The notes below the pieces were generated by a model that saw nothing but the letters and a program-made list of their open reading frames with translations, did no database searches and was not told the DNA's origin. A DNA stretch of 56,156 nt from Bigelowiella natans CCMP2755. Its lineage: Eukaryota > Protista > Cercozoa. This document shows, piece by piece, positions 25,553 through 37,565 of this stretch. Every line of letters begins with the position of its first letter. Position 1 is the first letter of the stretch. The translations under genes and the position numbers were made by a program. The stretch is taken from assembly GCA_000320545.1 (NCBI GenBank), contig ADNK01003048.1:1-56156 (forward strand), given 5' to 3'.

Positions 25553-26654
25553 AATTACTCACTGAATCCATCGGTTCCGAGTAGAATCTCTTTTAAAATG
25601 ATGTACACACCATAATCTCGTTGCCATAGATTCTTTTCGGTGAACTTTCCATAGGTTGAGGTCTGCTTAGATATCTCTGCAGACGCTTGCCAATGCCCAT
25701 AATACGCCTAGATCCTCGTGCCTTCATCGATATTCTTCTCAGCATGGTGGACGGTGCTCAACCTTGCGAGGAGGGTGAAAACTGCGATGTCAACGATGTG
25801 CCCTTTCTCATCAAAAATAGTCTATTTTCCTTGTCGCAGATCATTTATGAAGCCTATTATATACAAATTTACAACTCATCTGCTTCCCAGTCGACCGTGG
25901 CGATATGAAGTGGTGATACTGTCGATGAAATATTGTCTATTTTGGCAACACCTCAAACAACAATACTTCTGTTCTGCCCGTCGACAGACAACCAGCAACG
26001 TAACCCCCAACTTTTAAGGGTGGGGCCCTCATCAATCACCTGAAACCTACGATGTCCTAGTTCGGATCAATTCATTGTTATCGTCCTAACCTCGCTGTAG
26101 CTATTGCCTCTTCGGCTCACCCCAAATTTTCGCTGTAATTAAAATCATCACCCGTGCCGTCGTCTTCATTATTAGGTGTGGGTTTCTCGGTAGGACATAT
26201 CATTATTAGGTGCGGGGATTCACGGTAGGGCGAATCGGAAGTAGCGAGACTGTTCGCATAGTTTTTCTCCCTTCCAACACCTACCATCTCCTCAGATTCC
26301 TCTCTCCCTCTCTTCTGTGGAATTTCCAACCAAGAAGGGCAGCCCCGTATCGAGCTTTTCCATGCATCAAATCCACTGCGAAGACTGGAGAACCCGAAGC
26401 TACACCTGCGATAGTGGTCTTTGCGAACACCGCAGCACTTCGAGCAATAAAAGACTAAACAGAGGTGATAGGGCTGCATTCTTCGTTCACTACGATTGTT
26501 CCAAAGATAGTACATTGGCTGCCGTTCCAATAATCTTGTGTCCTCGGTGCTCCTTCTTCTTCATCTTCTTCTTCTGAGTAGTAGGAAAGTTTCTGGGTGG
26601 TCTCTTCTTCTTCTTATCCGCGGCTGTACTGTTGCTCCTACTAGGTTAGGTCGA

Positions 26655-26690
<36 letters not shown>

Positions 26691-26700
26691 CATAATTGTG
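25553..26700 (-). CDS. Hypothetical multi-exon protein, head-to-head with the EEP gene
   Basis: AG/GT-bounded open segments such as SFIARSAAVFAKTTIAGVASGSPVFAVDLMHGKARYGAALLGWKFHRR and ISPLHIATVDWEADE. Frames and ends are uncertain. Confidence 0.4.
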
Positions 26701-26814
26701 CAGCAGCAGCAAAAGCAGCAGGAGGAGCAGTGAAGTGTAACGTGAATATTATTGCAAGATTGTGAAAATAAACTAATTGACAAATCTTTCTATCATCTAC
26801 CAGTTCCATCTCCG

Positions 26815-28379
26815 ATGTTCTTCCGAAGAAATGTGTTATCGCAATCCCCCCATCATGTAAAGCATACTACATTACCTTCTTCACTGCTGAGGGGTCTAGG
26901 TCGGACATTCACGATAAAGCATGAGCAGAATAATAAATGGCAGCTACCTCAACGGCAAAGGGCTCTCATGGGAAGAAGTAGTATTAGTAGTGGTAGTAGT
27001 AGATGGTACTCTACTACTTCTACTTCTTCGCCCTTTTCTACCACGAGTGTGATCAACGCCAAGTCTATTACACCTCGCAGCAGTGCTGAGAATGAAGAGA
27101 TAAAGGCGACATCTACCCATCATCAGTTTTCTATCTGGAGCTTCAACATAAGGCACTACGCTTCAACTAACTGCTCTAGTCTCACTCTATTATTTTACAA
27201 ATAATGTTATCATCAATTTAGATTTGACTTTAAAATAATGTTATCATCAATTTAGATCTGACTTTAACGCTGAAACTGATGGTGAAAATCGGTGGGAGAA
27301 GCGCAGGGATGGGGTCATAGGTCTATATTTGAACATAACATGAATACATAAACAAGTATGATGTTAATGAAGCATAAAGATGGTAAGCGATCGGTGTCAA
27401 TATACCAAATACGATGACGATGAAAGAAGTAGAAGAAGAAAAATAAGGGAAATATGTGAATAAGGGAGGGGGGGGGGTTAGAAAAAAGTGAAGTGAGAAA
27501 AAGTAGTTCTTCCTTCATCACAAAAATATAGCCATCGTCATCGTGCAGCAGTGGCAGCAGTAGTAAGTTTGAAATTGTTAATACTTCTACTACTACTACT
27601 ACTACTACTACATCGATATGAACAGATATCATAAAGCGCTACAATCCAGATATAATCGCAACACAGGTAATGCTACAACCCGTGTAAACATATGCTTGAA
27701 GATGATGATAATGATAATGACAATAATGACAACGATGAGAGAATGACTAATCGGGTGATTACGGTAGTTAGCGACTCTATTCCGTTGATTCATTTGTCCC
27801 CCGAACTCATTGTTCATACCCCTCGCATCATCATTTTCACCATCTTCTTCTCCTCTTCAGGAAGCAATAGCAGCTCAAGTCGGTGACCTTTCCGACGGTT
27901 TAGACGAGTAAGATCCTACACACTCATAATACAACATATGTGTCGCGGGAAAACTTCTTTTCAATAAATCTAATGAAGTATTCAGAGAATTGTTATAAAT
28001 AGTTGTAGTAACATCGTCCACAATCTACGTTGATTCCCATCTCTGTTTACCATTTCAAACTGCCTCAATACTGCGCGTCTTAATGGGCCAGGCGCTGAGA
28101 GCTGCAATGGCACGCAATAGTCACATGCCATATGTATGATGGACGATGCTGCTGCAGGTACGATTATGAAGGATGCTGCAGATTGGGAGGTGAAGAGGAT
28201 GAGTACTGCGCCATCTTCTACAAGCCTCAAATGTTCCAAGTTGTCGAGGTGGTGTATTCTTCTTTCTTCTTCAATGCTAATCTCACACTCGCCAGATTGT
28301 TTGCAATGCCCCGTCATTGCGGATGTAGTTAAATCATAGCCTTAGTGCTAAAGAGGGTTTTTAAGTAAATATACTGTTT

Positions 28380-28437
<58 letters not shown>

Positions 28438-28652
28438 GTATTATATTTATGCAATTCATAATTATTGGGTATGGTCTCCTCCTCCTCCTAGGGCGACACG
28501 ATCTGGCTGTCACAGAACCCGCAAAAAGCTGGATCAATAGGGTTATTCTTCGCCTTCTCCCTTTTCTTTTTCTTGTTGTTGTCGTTGTTGTTGTTGTTGT
28601 AGTAGTAGTAGTAGTAGTAGAATAGCAGTTATAGCCGGAATTGTATTCCATC

Positions 28653-28683
<31 letters not shown>

Positions 28684-28926
28684 TAGCAGTTGTATTATGA
28701 ATTGCATAGTAGTAGTAGTAGTAGTAGTAGTAGCTTGTAGGTCTAGGTGCAGGAGCTATAGCGGTAATGATACTACTGACATGGGTGTTCGTGGTGACCC
28801 TCCCCCTCCTTACTACTTACTGTGCAGGTGGGATGCGATGTATCCTCGGATTGCTACTTGGGCTGTATTCGAGCCATCCTCGCAGCAGCAGCAGCAGCAA
28901 TCATCTAGATTATCGGTGAATGTACT

Positions 28927-28977
<51 letters not shown>

Positions 28978-31110
28978 TGTGAGGGATGGTAGCTATCGAA
29001 AGAAATAAAAACATCATTTGTAGCCTAATTAGATCATGACTAATGAGCTCTATCATCATCATCATCATCATCATCATCTCATCATCGTCGCCGTGTCGTT
29101 GTCGTTGTCGTTGTCGTCACCATCATCATCATCGTCATCATGATTAAGATTCCACTACCTGAATCATCTTGACACAAAAACACTACTACTACTACTTCTA
29201 CTACTACTTCTACTACTACTTCTACTACTACTACTACTACTACTACTAATAGGGAAAAAAACAGACGTTTGGAGTCATCAGCACACACTTTGACCATGTT
29301 GGTATCGAAGCGAGAAAAGAGAGTGCAAAGCTCATCAAGGTGCTTGTTGTTAAATTCTTTGAATATCCCTCACATCGGTTTTGACAAAAGATGGTACTAA
29401 GTCGAATCATGGAGAAGGAGAAGAAATAGAAAAAGAAGAGGAATAAGAAGCTGGAAAGATGATGCATGTGCTAGTTGGTGGTTTCATACTTTCTTCCTTA
29501 CTTCCTTTCTACTTTGTCCATTGTGTGCATGGATTATGAAATACTACTAGGGTTTGATAGGAGACCTACAGTCTAAGTATCCTTCCACGCCCTTTGTTCT
29601 TTGCGGAGATTTTAATTCCATAAAGGTAGATAGGTAGATCGAAGTGCTACTACAACTTACTACATGATGATGATGGTGATGGTGATGATGATGGTGATGG
29701 TAATGATGATGGTGGTGGTTAACATGTTGTAGTTTCACACACTATCAGACAAAACGCCATCGTTTGTCATCTCAAATAGCAACCTCTGCAGTTCTAGTCT
29801 CGATAAATGTTTGCCGCAGCCATACCTTCTACTGCTTCATTCTCATCGATTTCTATTGCTTCGTTGTCACCTCTTTCTTAGACAGAAAACGAAGTGTATG
29901 AGACGCTAACGACGGGCGATGGAGCTCTGATGGATGCATGGGTACTAATCAATGATCATCATACTAACTACGGTTAAACCCCAAGACGAGCAACAACCAG
30001 AATATTGCAACGATGGATTGCTGTTTCACAATTCGACAATAGCAGCGTTATCATCACATCTCGCTGTATTGCAATAGAAGCTAAATTGATGCCAACTAAC
30101 ATAAAGCCACAAGCGGAGATTCTGGAAGATGGCGGGTGGAAAAGAAGCACCATGCATAAGGTAGTAGGAAACGAAGTGTTGTATCATGCCGATTTCAGCA
30201 TAATTGCGCACTATAACAGTGCTCGATATCATTCTCAAAATCACACATAGCATAAAAAGTGCCAACGCTGAATGTAAAATGTGACTACACGGGAAATTTG
30301 ATGAAGATGATGATTTTTAGTTTGAAGGACTTGCATTCGATGGATGCATGGGAGACGGCACAGTTGAGTTGTGCAAAGTCGAAGATGTCATCGTCTCCGG
30401 GGAAGAGGAGGAGAAACCAAGCGATGGGCTGGAACACATTGACTGGTATTCCCCATTAATTCCAAAAAAATCAAATTTTTCTCTATTTGAAATCTATGAA
30501 CTCCGCTTTTTACTGAGCGTTAATGTAGACAAGTTAATAAGCCATTTACTCAAATAGAAAATCAGTCTATACATGCTTGTCTTCTTCCCCTTCTTCATTT
30601 TCTATGTTTGAAGGATACTTGTGAGAAATCCTACTACATCGAGAGGAGAACCGCAATCATCAGTAGTAGCAACATCAGAAATAGAATCAGAGGGAGAAGG
30701 TTTAAAATCCGTAAAGTCAAGTGTTATCACTGATCAATTGCCATCCGGTATTATCCATAGCTAGTAGTACTGACTCTATAAATCATATCTTGATAAATGA
30801 AATCTTCGTTCTTCACGCATGCAGCCTTTAATTTTACCTGTTTCTGTCTCTCCCCTTCTCTTTATTCCTTTCCATGTTGGTGCGCTGTGCTGAATCGATG
30901 GGAGATTGTGCCCCTAGTCATTGCGTTTTGGGATGTTGTGCATGTATTATTTTTTGGGTTCAACGCATGAATTCTTTGGCTTCGAAATCTGATTGATTTT
31001 GATCTATCATGTTCCCCATCTGGTTTCAACCTGGACTGAGTGAATTCAATTTTTTAGGCCGGTATCCTTCGGACCATTTTCCTATTAGTGTAGAATTCAC
31101 CTTCAAATAA
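26815..31110 (+). CDS. Endonuclease/exonuclease/phosphatase (EEP) family hydrolase with an organellar-type presequence
   Basis: Exons give FSIWSFNIR-SD...DGENRWEKRR, DIIATQE, EYCAIFY, TIWLS...GSIGWDAMYPRIATW, STHFDH, LCGDFN, MDAW, HIDWI and YPSDHFPI. The N-terminus is R/S-rich and poor in acidic residues. Confidence 0.9.
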
Positions 31111-31171
31111 TTGAACGAGGCGTTTAACGGAAATGAGTTGGATTTTACACAACACGAACGCAGGGAAGGTA

Positions 31172-31253
31172 ACACAATGAGCAAAGGAGATAGGTCTTGT
31201 TTCATGTTTAAGATTACACAACGAGCAAAGGAGATAGGTCTTGTTTCGTGTTT
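31172..31253. repeat. Short tandem duplication (~38 bp, period 44) downstream of the EEP gene
   Basis: acacaa(t/c)gagcaaaggagataggtcttgtttc(a/g)tgttt occurs twice. Confidence 0.85.
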
Positions 31254-31289
31254 GCCACTTGGATAATGAGCTCATTCAAGCTTACCTTG

Positions 31290-33880
31290 CCCATCATGCA
31301 TGTCTGATGCACTCAAAATGTCACTTTGCAGAGTCTTCAGAATCTTGTGTGCACGACCATTGCTTGGAAAATCTTAGTCGCACTGTGTGCACCACCATCC
31401 CTGCACCATTCTGGCATTGAATTGCTTCACCATGCACAATCGTGCGCAACAGTTGCGTTGTGTGTCCTCAACGTGTGACAGCACGTGCAGTGTGCGATGT
31501 GATCATTGACTGTGCGTGCACGCACCACGTGTTCCAGCGTTGTGCCACGTCCGTCGTTGAACACACACGACACACCTAGTCACCAGCACGCCGCAACGTC
31601 ATTGCATCTCCATTGGTCGTGCCAATCACACGTGCATGCAAAAACACACGTGCGAACGGTGAGCCTCACAAAGTCAAAATGCACACAAAGGGGAACACCG
31701 TGCAATGTTGTGTGGTTCACTGTCGTGCCAGCGCACTGCTAGACTGCGTGCCCATCTGCTGAGCCTGCATCTGGGCGTGTGTGCTTCACCCGGCTAGCCA
31801 CCAGACTAGCAGAGCTAGCCAGCCTGGCTCGCACAAGCCAGCAAGATTCCAAGCTTGCGCCTTGCGAGATCAGCGTCGTGAAGCTTTCGTTGAAGACATC
31901 TAGATGTGTGCTGAACTCGTGTGCGCGTGCACGAGTCCATGAGTGACAAGTCCAGAAGTGCCTGCGTGGTCGTGCAACTCGCGCATGATTGCACGCCTTT
32001 GTGAGTTGTGTGATAGTTGCAAGACAAGCTAGCAAACCTGGCAAGCCAGCAAAACATCCACGCCTTTGCGACCACGCAACGTGTGAACACCTGGATGCGC
32101 AATCACATCTGCAGCTCTCTAGCTCTGGCTTCCAGTCGACCCTTTTGTTCGTTTCATTGCAATCGCGCTCATCGATGTGTAGATGCGATGTTTCCTTGAT
32201 CGATGACGACACAGACCAATGAAAACAGGCTCGCGCGCTGACACCACACGTCCTGACGTGCGCGGAAAACACGAGCACCATCTGGACCATCGTGCAGCAG
32301 TGTTCGCAAACAAACGTTTGTGAAAACACATTGCGATGACGTGTTGTGAGGATCCCTCGTGTGCACACGACAGAGCTCACAACAACAGTGTCAGCGAGCC
32401 CGAAAGTCACTGTCGCTGCTGGACTGCCTTGTTCGTCGTGCCAGCGCTGGAGCGTGCCAGCTAGCCAGCCAGCCAGGCCAGCAGGATTGAAGTGGAAAAG
32501 GCAGCCGCAAACTTCTTGCACAGCAGAACTTGGAAATTTTCAGTGCTCACTTGCAACGATTTGTTGCTTGCTGGCAGCTGGCACGCACAATGCCCAGCTA
32601 GCTGCACTCATCGGTGGCTCCACCCATTGGGCTTGTGGACAGCACCAGAGTGGCAGAGCGTTGAACGTTGAACACTCAGAACCACACGTCAATGGAGCGA
32701 TTGAAAGGATCATGGGATCCATGAATGTGGTGCAGCTGAAAATGGAAAGAAAGAAGTGATTTTGTCATTGGAGCAGTTCAAAGGATCGTGGGACTGTGGA
32801 CAGGCTGACTCCGTGTCCTCCCCAAACCACATGCGGCAAACAACCAACTGGAACGCCAAGAAATGAATCATGGGAAACGCTGACTCCTCCGTGCCCTCCA
32901 TTGAACCTTGAATGAACGAATGAACAAATGAATTGGTTCCAGCAGTCATGGGATCTGCAAGGATCAACAGAGTGTGCTGACCCACCTGCTCCCACCCCTC
33001 ACTGCGTCTTCAGATCGAGCATGGGATTCAATGAACAATGAACAATGATGAAGAACTGCATTTCCAAAATGCAACAAGACACTTGCAGTGCACGAAACGC
33101 AGTGCCTCGAACTGACTTCAGTGAGGACCATCTGGTGAAACCAAAAGGAATCAAGAATGGCATCATGGCCACTCCTCCGTTCCTAGTTTCATTGTTTTCA
33201 GTGCCTGATGTTTGCCAACTTCAGGATCACGCATCCCTGAATCCTGTCGTGATGGTTTGCTCATGCTTGGAGATCACCAAGCAAGAACACCACACCTGCG
33301 ACCCCCAAGAGCACAATCCCATGGACCACACCTTCATTCATGGTCTGCTTCACACCTGCCACAACATCCCCGGCTTTTGCGGAGACATTGCCCTCACTGG
33401 AAGGCATGAAGATGGAGGAGGATGCATTCTTCGTTCCTGGTCCATTTGGACAGCGAGCTTCGCAATGACCACAGCACACCCGGCTTTTGCGGAGACAAAG
33501 CCCCCATCATTGCAATCAGAAGCACCAGCTAGCTAGCTTCACGCCAACCACAACATCCCCGGCCCAATGGAGACATTGCCCGGAGGGCATGAAGTTTGAG
33601 GAGGACACATTCATCCTGATGGGATTCATCCAGGGTGAATCTTGGACACAGATCCGAAAAGGCTTCGTTTGGCATCCAATTCTCCAGTGGCCTGCCCCAC
33701 CGGTGAACAGGAATGTGGTGCAGGGAAGGGGAAAAGCCACCCTCGTGACCGAAAAACTCACCACCCAGTGCCAATTCGGCGAATGTGACTTTGAATCTTG
33801 AACACTGAAACAATGAAACAATGATGAAAAACCACATTTCCAAAGTGTTGCAAGACACTTGCATGCATCCTTCGTGTGGC
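31290..33880. mobile_element. Saturated TpA-depleted repeat block (hypermutated element relics)
   Basis: Manual count finds ~16 TA in ~2.6 kb, 13 of them in CTAG. Overlapping ORFs almost lack Tyr and are Cys/His-rich. Internal direct repeats at 33027-33092 and 33809-33867. Confidence 0.75.
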
Positions 33881-34100
33881 TACCGAGTCACCGGTGGCTG
33901 GGGCGACAAGTCTGTCTGCCCCACCAGTGACCAGCAATGTGGTTCAGGGGTAGGAGGTGACCAACCCCCCCGCCCATCACCGCATCGCACCAATTTTTTT
34001 CCGAATGTAACTTTGAATCTTGAATGCAGATCCACACATCCTTCGCCTGGCTACCTAGTCACCGGTGGCTGGGGCGACATGTCTGTCTGTCCCACCGACT
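33866..34100. repeat. Two ~60-bp direct repeats, each an imperfect hairpin
   Basis: catccttcg..ggctacc.agtcaccggtggctggggcgaca.gtctgtctg.cccacc at 33866-33925 and 34037-34096. Confidence 0.85.
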
Positions 34101-34245
34101 CAAAACCAAGAACTGTTTCTTGATCTAACAACCAGAACAACTGACATCGAAATCCTTGTCGTAGCAACAAAATGCAATGCATTATTTCTGTTTTCTGAGG
34201 AGAATAAGACGAAGCACAGATCTGTCAAAAGGAGGAGCATCACAG

Positions 34246-34353
34246 CAAACCAGCCATGGGAACTAATAAGTCCAAACCAGCCATGGGAACTAATCAGTCC
34301 AAACCAGCCATGGGAACTAATCAGTCCAAACCAGCTATGGGAACTAATCAGTC
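34246..34353 (+). repeat. 4 x 27-bp tandem repeat containing the start codon
   Basis: caaaccagc(c/t)atgggaactaat(a/c)agtc, with in-frame ATGs at 34256, 34283, 34310 and 34337. Confidence 0.95.
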
Positions 34354-37168
34354 CATCCATGAGGCTGCACGGAAGAATGATGTCAATAGTCTGAAGCGTT
34401 TGCTATCGCGGGGAGGCAACATCGAGGAGCGGGATGATAATGGTAAGCTGGTGCATATCTGCGGCAGCTATGAACGACATTTAGTAAATGAGTTCCAGTG
34501 CCGAGTTTTGCGAGTGAGAGTGTAGATTTTCATAATGGCCGGGGATGGGTAGAAGGGTTAAGGATGGCATCGAGAAGATGGAATTAGGCTTGTTAGTAAA
34601 TGAATGAGTGAACATGCAACTTTATCTTGGATGAAGGAACAGCGGCGAAACACACGTGGTGTAATTGTGGATTGAGTCGGAATTTTAGTAGTATGAACAA
34701 TGTTAGCATCATGAGCAGCTTTTAAAAAGTTGCCAATGGACCAGAATTAGCAAATGCATGACAGTAGTTCTAGCAGAAATGGGGCTGTGAAACATTGGTT
34801 TAGTTTAATAATGCACTAGTGATCATTTACATTTGTCACTGAGGTTCCTTTAAAATTTATAAGTGTGAATATAGTGCTTTAAAAGAAGGCTGGGAGCCAC
34901 TTATCGATGAATATACATTTGTATCTATTGTGACGGTATGAATAGCATGTTCAACAATGTCTGACTGATGGCATTCGATTTTGGGTCTGTTGGTATCCGT
35001 TAGGCGACACGCCGTTGATTAATGCCGCGTACAAAGGCAAGCTAGATGTTGTGCAGTTTTTGTTGGCATGAAGGCAAACATCGAAGCTAAGAATAATAAA
35101 GGTACGTTCACTAGCAACAGCGACAGAAACAAATAGGAAGCGCGATGTGTGAGTTAACAGGAAGAGAATGTAGATGTAGTAGTTATAGTATATTGACAGT
35201 AAGTGGTAGTAGTAGTAGTAGTAGTAGTTGTTGTAGTAGTAATGAGGTACCGTTATTTTTATTCTTGTTGTAATTATTTTGTTTTGTAGATGTAGGGGGA
35301 CTTGAGAGAGGAGATAAGGAGGGGGGGGGAGTAGGGGTCGGGTCATAAATTGATATATTTGATATGTATTGTTAAGTTGTGGTGAGGATGTTCTATACTG
35401 TCTGACTGACGGCATCGATATTGGGTCTATCGGTCTCTGTTAGGTGATACGCCATTAATAGAGGCCGCCGGCAATGGCAAGCTAGATGTTGTGCAGTACC
35501 TTGTTGGCATGAAGGCAAACATCGAGGCCAAGTGCAATGCCAGTACGTTCACTAGCAAGAGCGACAGTAACAAATAGGAATGATGGTGTGTGAGTCAAGA
35601 GTAAGGGCATGTAGATGTAGTAGTTATACAATATTGACAGTGATGAGGATGTTCTATACTGTCTGTCTGACGGCATCGATATTGGGTCTGTTGGTATCCG
35701 TTAGGTTACACGCCGTTGATTAATGCCGCGTACTTTGGCAAGCTAGATGTTGTGCAGTACCTTGTTGGCATGAAGGCAAACATCGAAGCTAAGAGTAATA
35801 TAGGTAGGTGCACTAGCAAAAGCGACAGTAACAAATAGGAAGCGTGATGTGGGAGTCAAGAGTAAGGGCATGTAGATGTAGTAGTTATAGAATATTGACA
35901 GTGATGAGGATGTTCTATACTGTCTGACTGATGGCATTCGATTTTGGGTCTGTTGGTATCCGTTAGGCGACACGCCGTTGATTAAGGCCGCCGGCGAAGG
36001 CAAGCTAGATGTTGTGCAGTACCTTGTTGGCATGAAGGCAAACATCGAAGCTAAGAGTAAACAAGGTAGGTGCACTAGTTACAGCGACAGTAACAACAGT
36101 GACAGTAGTAAGTAAGAAGCGCGATTGTGCCATTTATACTCCGCATCATCTCCCTTCCGCAACCAACGAGAACCCATCGCATCCCAGCTCACATATGCAT
36201 CACCCCGCTGTTTGTGATGGTTTTCTTGCATTAATAAACTATACCAAGCACATTGCGCAAAATGCCTTAAGGCACGTCGTGCTCTAACTAAAGACTCCTT
36301 GGTGTGAGAGTTGGAGTGAAAAATTTTAGTAGCATTGTATTCGTGTTGGTAGTATTAGAGATTGCATGATAGCAGCTTTATCATATATGGAGGTTATACA
36401 TACAGTCTGGGTTGGGTTAGGGTTAGGGTTAGGGTTATACAACAATATTGTAGTTTCGGGGTAATAGTAATTATTTTAGACAATGGTGAAGCAGATTTAT
36501 AAGATTGAGTATCTTATTTTAAAAGGGTTTGAAAAGATAACTTTGGTTAAGAGACGATTACTAGTGAATTTTGCAGTGTTCGTGATGGTTTGATAGCTGT
36601 TGGCTAATTTAGATTGATTGATGCATTGATATTGCTGTTTTTAACTGGGAAATGTGCATTGATGCCATACAGGGAAAACAGCGTCAGGTTGGGCTAAGGA
36701 GAAGGGTCATTCAAATATCATGGCATTCCTACGCAACGCCGCCAAGGTTCAGGAAACGAGTGAAAAAGCTGAGGAGAAAGTCGTGCAAAAGGCCGAAGAG
36801 GTTCAACGAAAGCTGAATGAAGCTGAGAGACTGTTGGAAAAGGCCAAGAAAGAGGCCCAAGAAGCGGACCGAAAGCGAAAGGAGTCTGTAAAAAGGGTAA
36901 GACAAATGGCGGAAGAGATCAAACAAAACAAATGCGAAAGGAGACCGAGAAGAAATAATAACATATGCAATCATGTATACACAATGTGTAATTTGGTGGT
37001 AGGACCGAGATAGAGGCAGCCCAGCTGAGTCTATGGAAAAAAACATAAAGGTATATTTCAAAAAATGCATAACTAGCTTAGTAATGCGTAACAACGCAAG
37101 GGTTGAAAGGCACATCAAATTGATATGCGCGTTGAAGGGAATTCTATATACACTATGATTATGATGGT

Positions 37169-37207
<39 letters not shown>

Positions 37208-37302
37208 CACATATATGTGATCATTGTGAAAATGCGAAGCGAACACTAAAGAGACAAAAAGCAAAGGGGTGGAAAAACCAGATTCGTAAATCATATATAT
37301 AC

Positions 37303-37333
<31 letters not shown>

Positions 37334-37528
37334 TATGTATATATATGTTATATGTATATTATGTATAATTTGGAATTTTGTTAATCGTATAGAACAGTAT
37401 GTAATTCAGGCCTCTTATCTAAGGAAAAATCAACTTCCATCACTCTTATCCTTGATAGGAAAAATATTGGGAAAAAGAGCTCGTGGAGATAAAACAGCAG
37501 CTAGCACTGCAAAATAAGGAGGTTTTAC

Positions 37529-37565
<37 letters not shown>

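Noticed and set aside
31739-32521. 260-aa ORF and other overlapping ORFs in TpA-depleted blocks
   Set aside because: Loss of TAA and most TAG opens frames on both strands. The products are Tyr-free and Cys/His-rich with no motifs.
31290-33880. Methyl-CpG decay or classical RIP as the cause of the TG/CA excess
   Set aside because: CpG remains frequent and TpA is lost. RIP would create TpA and CpG decay would not remove it.
34246-34353. CRISPR-like array
   Set aside because: The units are contiguous with no unique spacers, and they form an in-frame coding repeat in a eukaryotic gene.
34951-36075. Minus-strand repeated ORFs (154, 64 and 110 aa)
   Set aside because: They are antisense shadows of the ankyrin cassettes.
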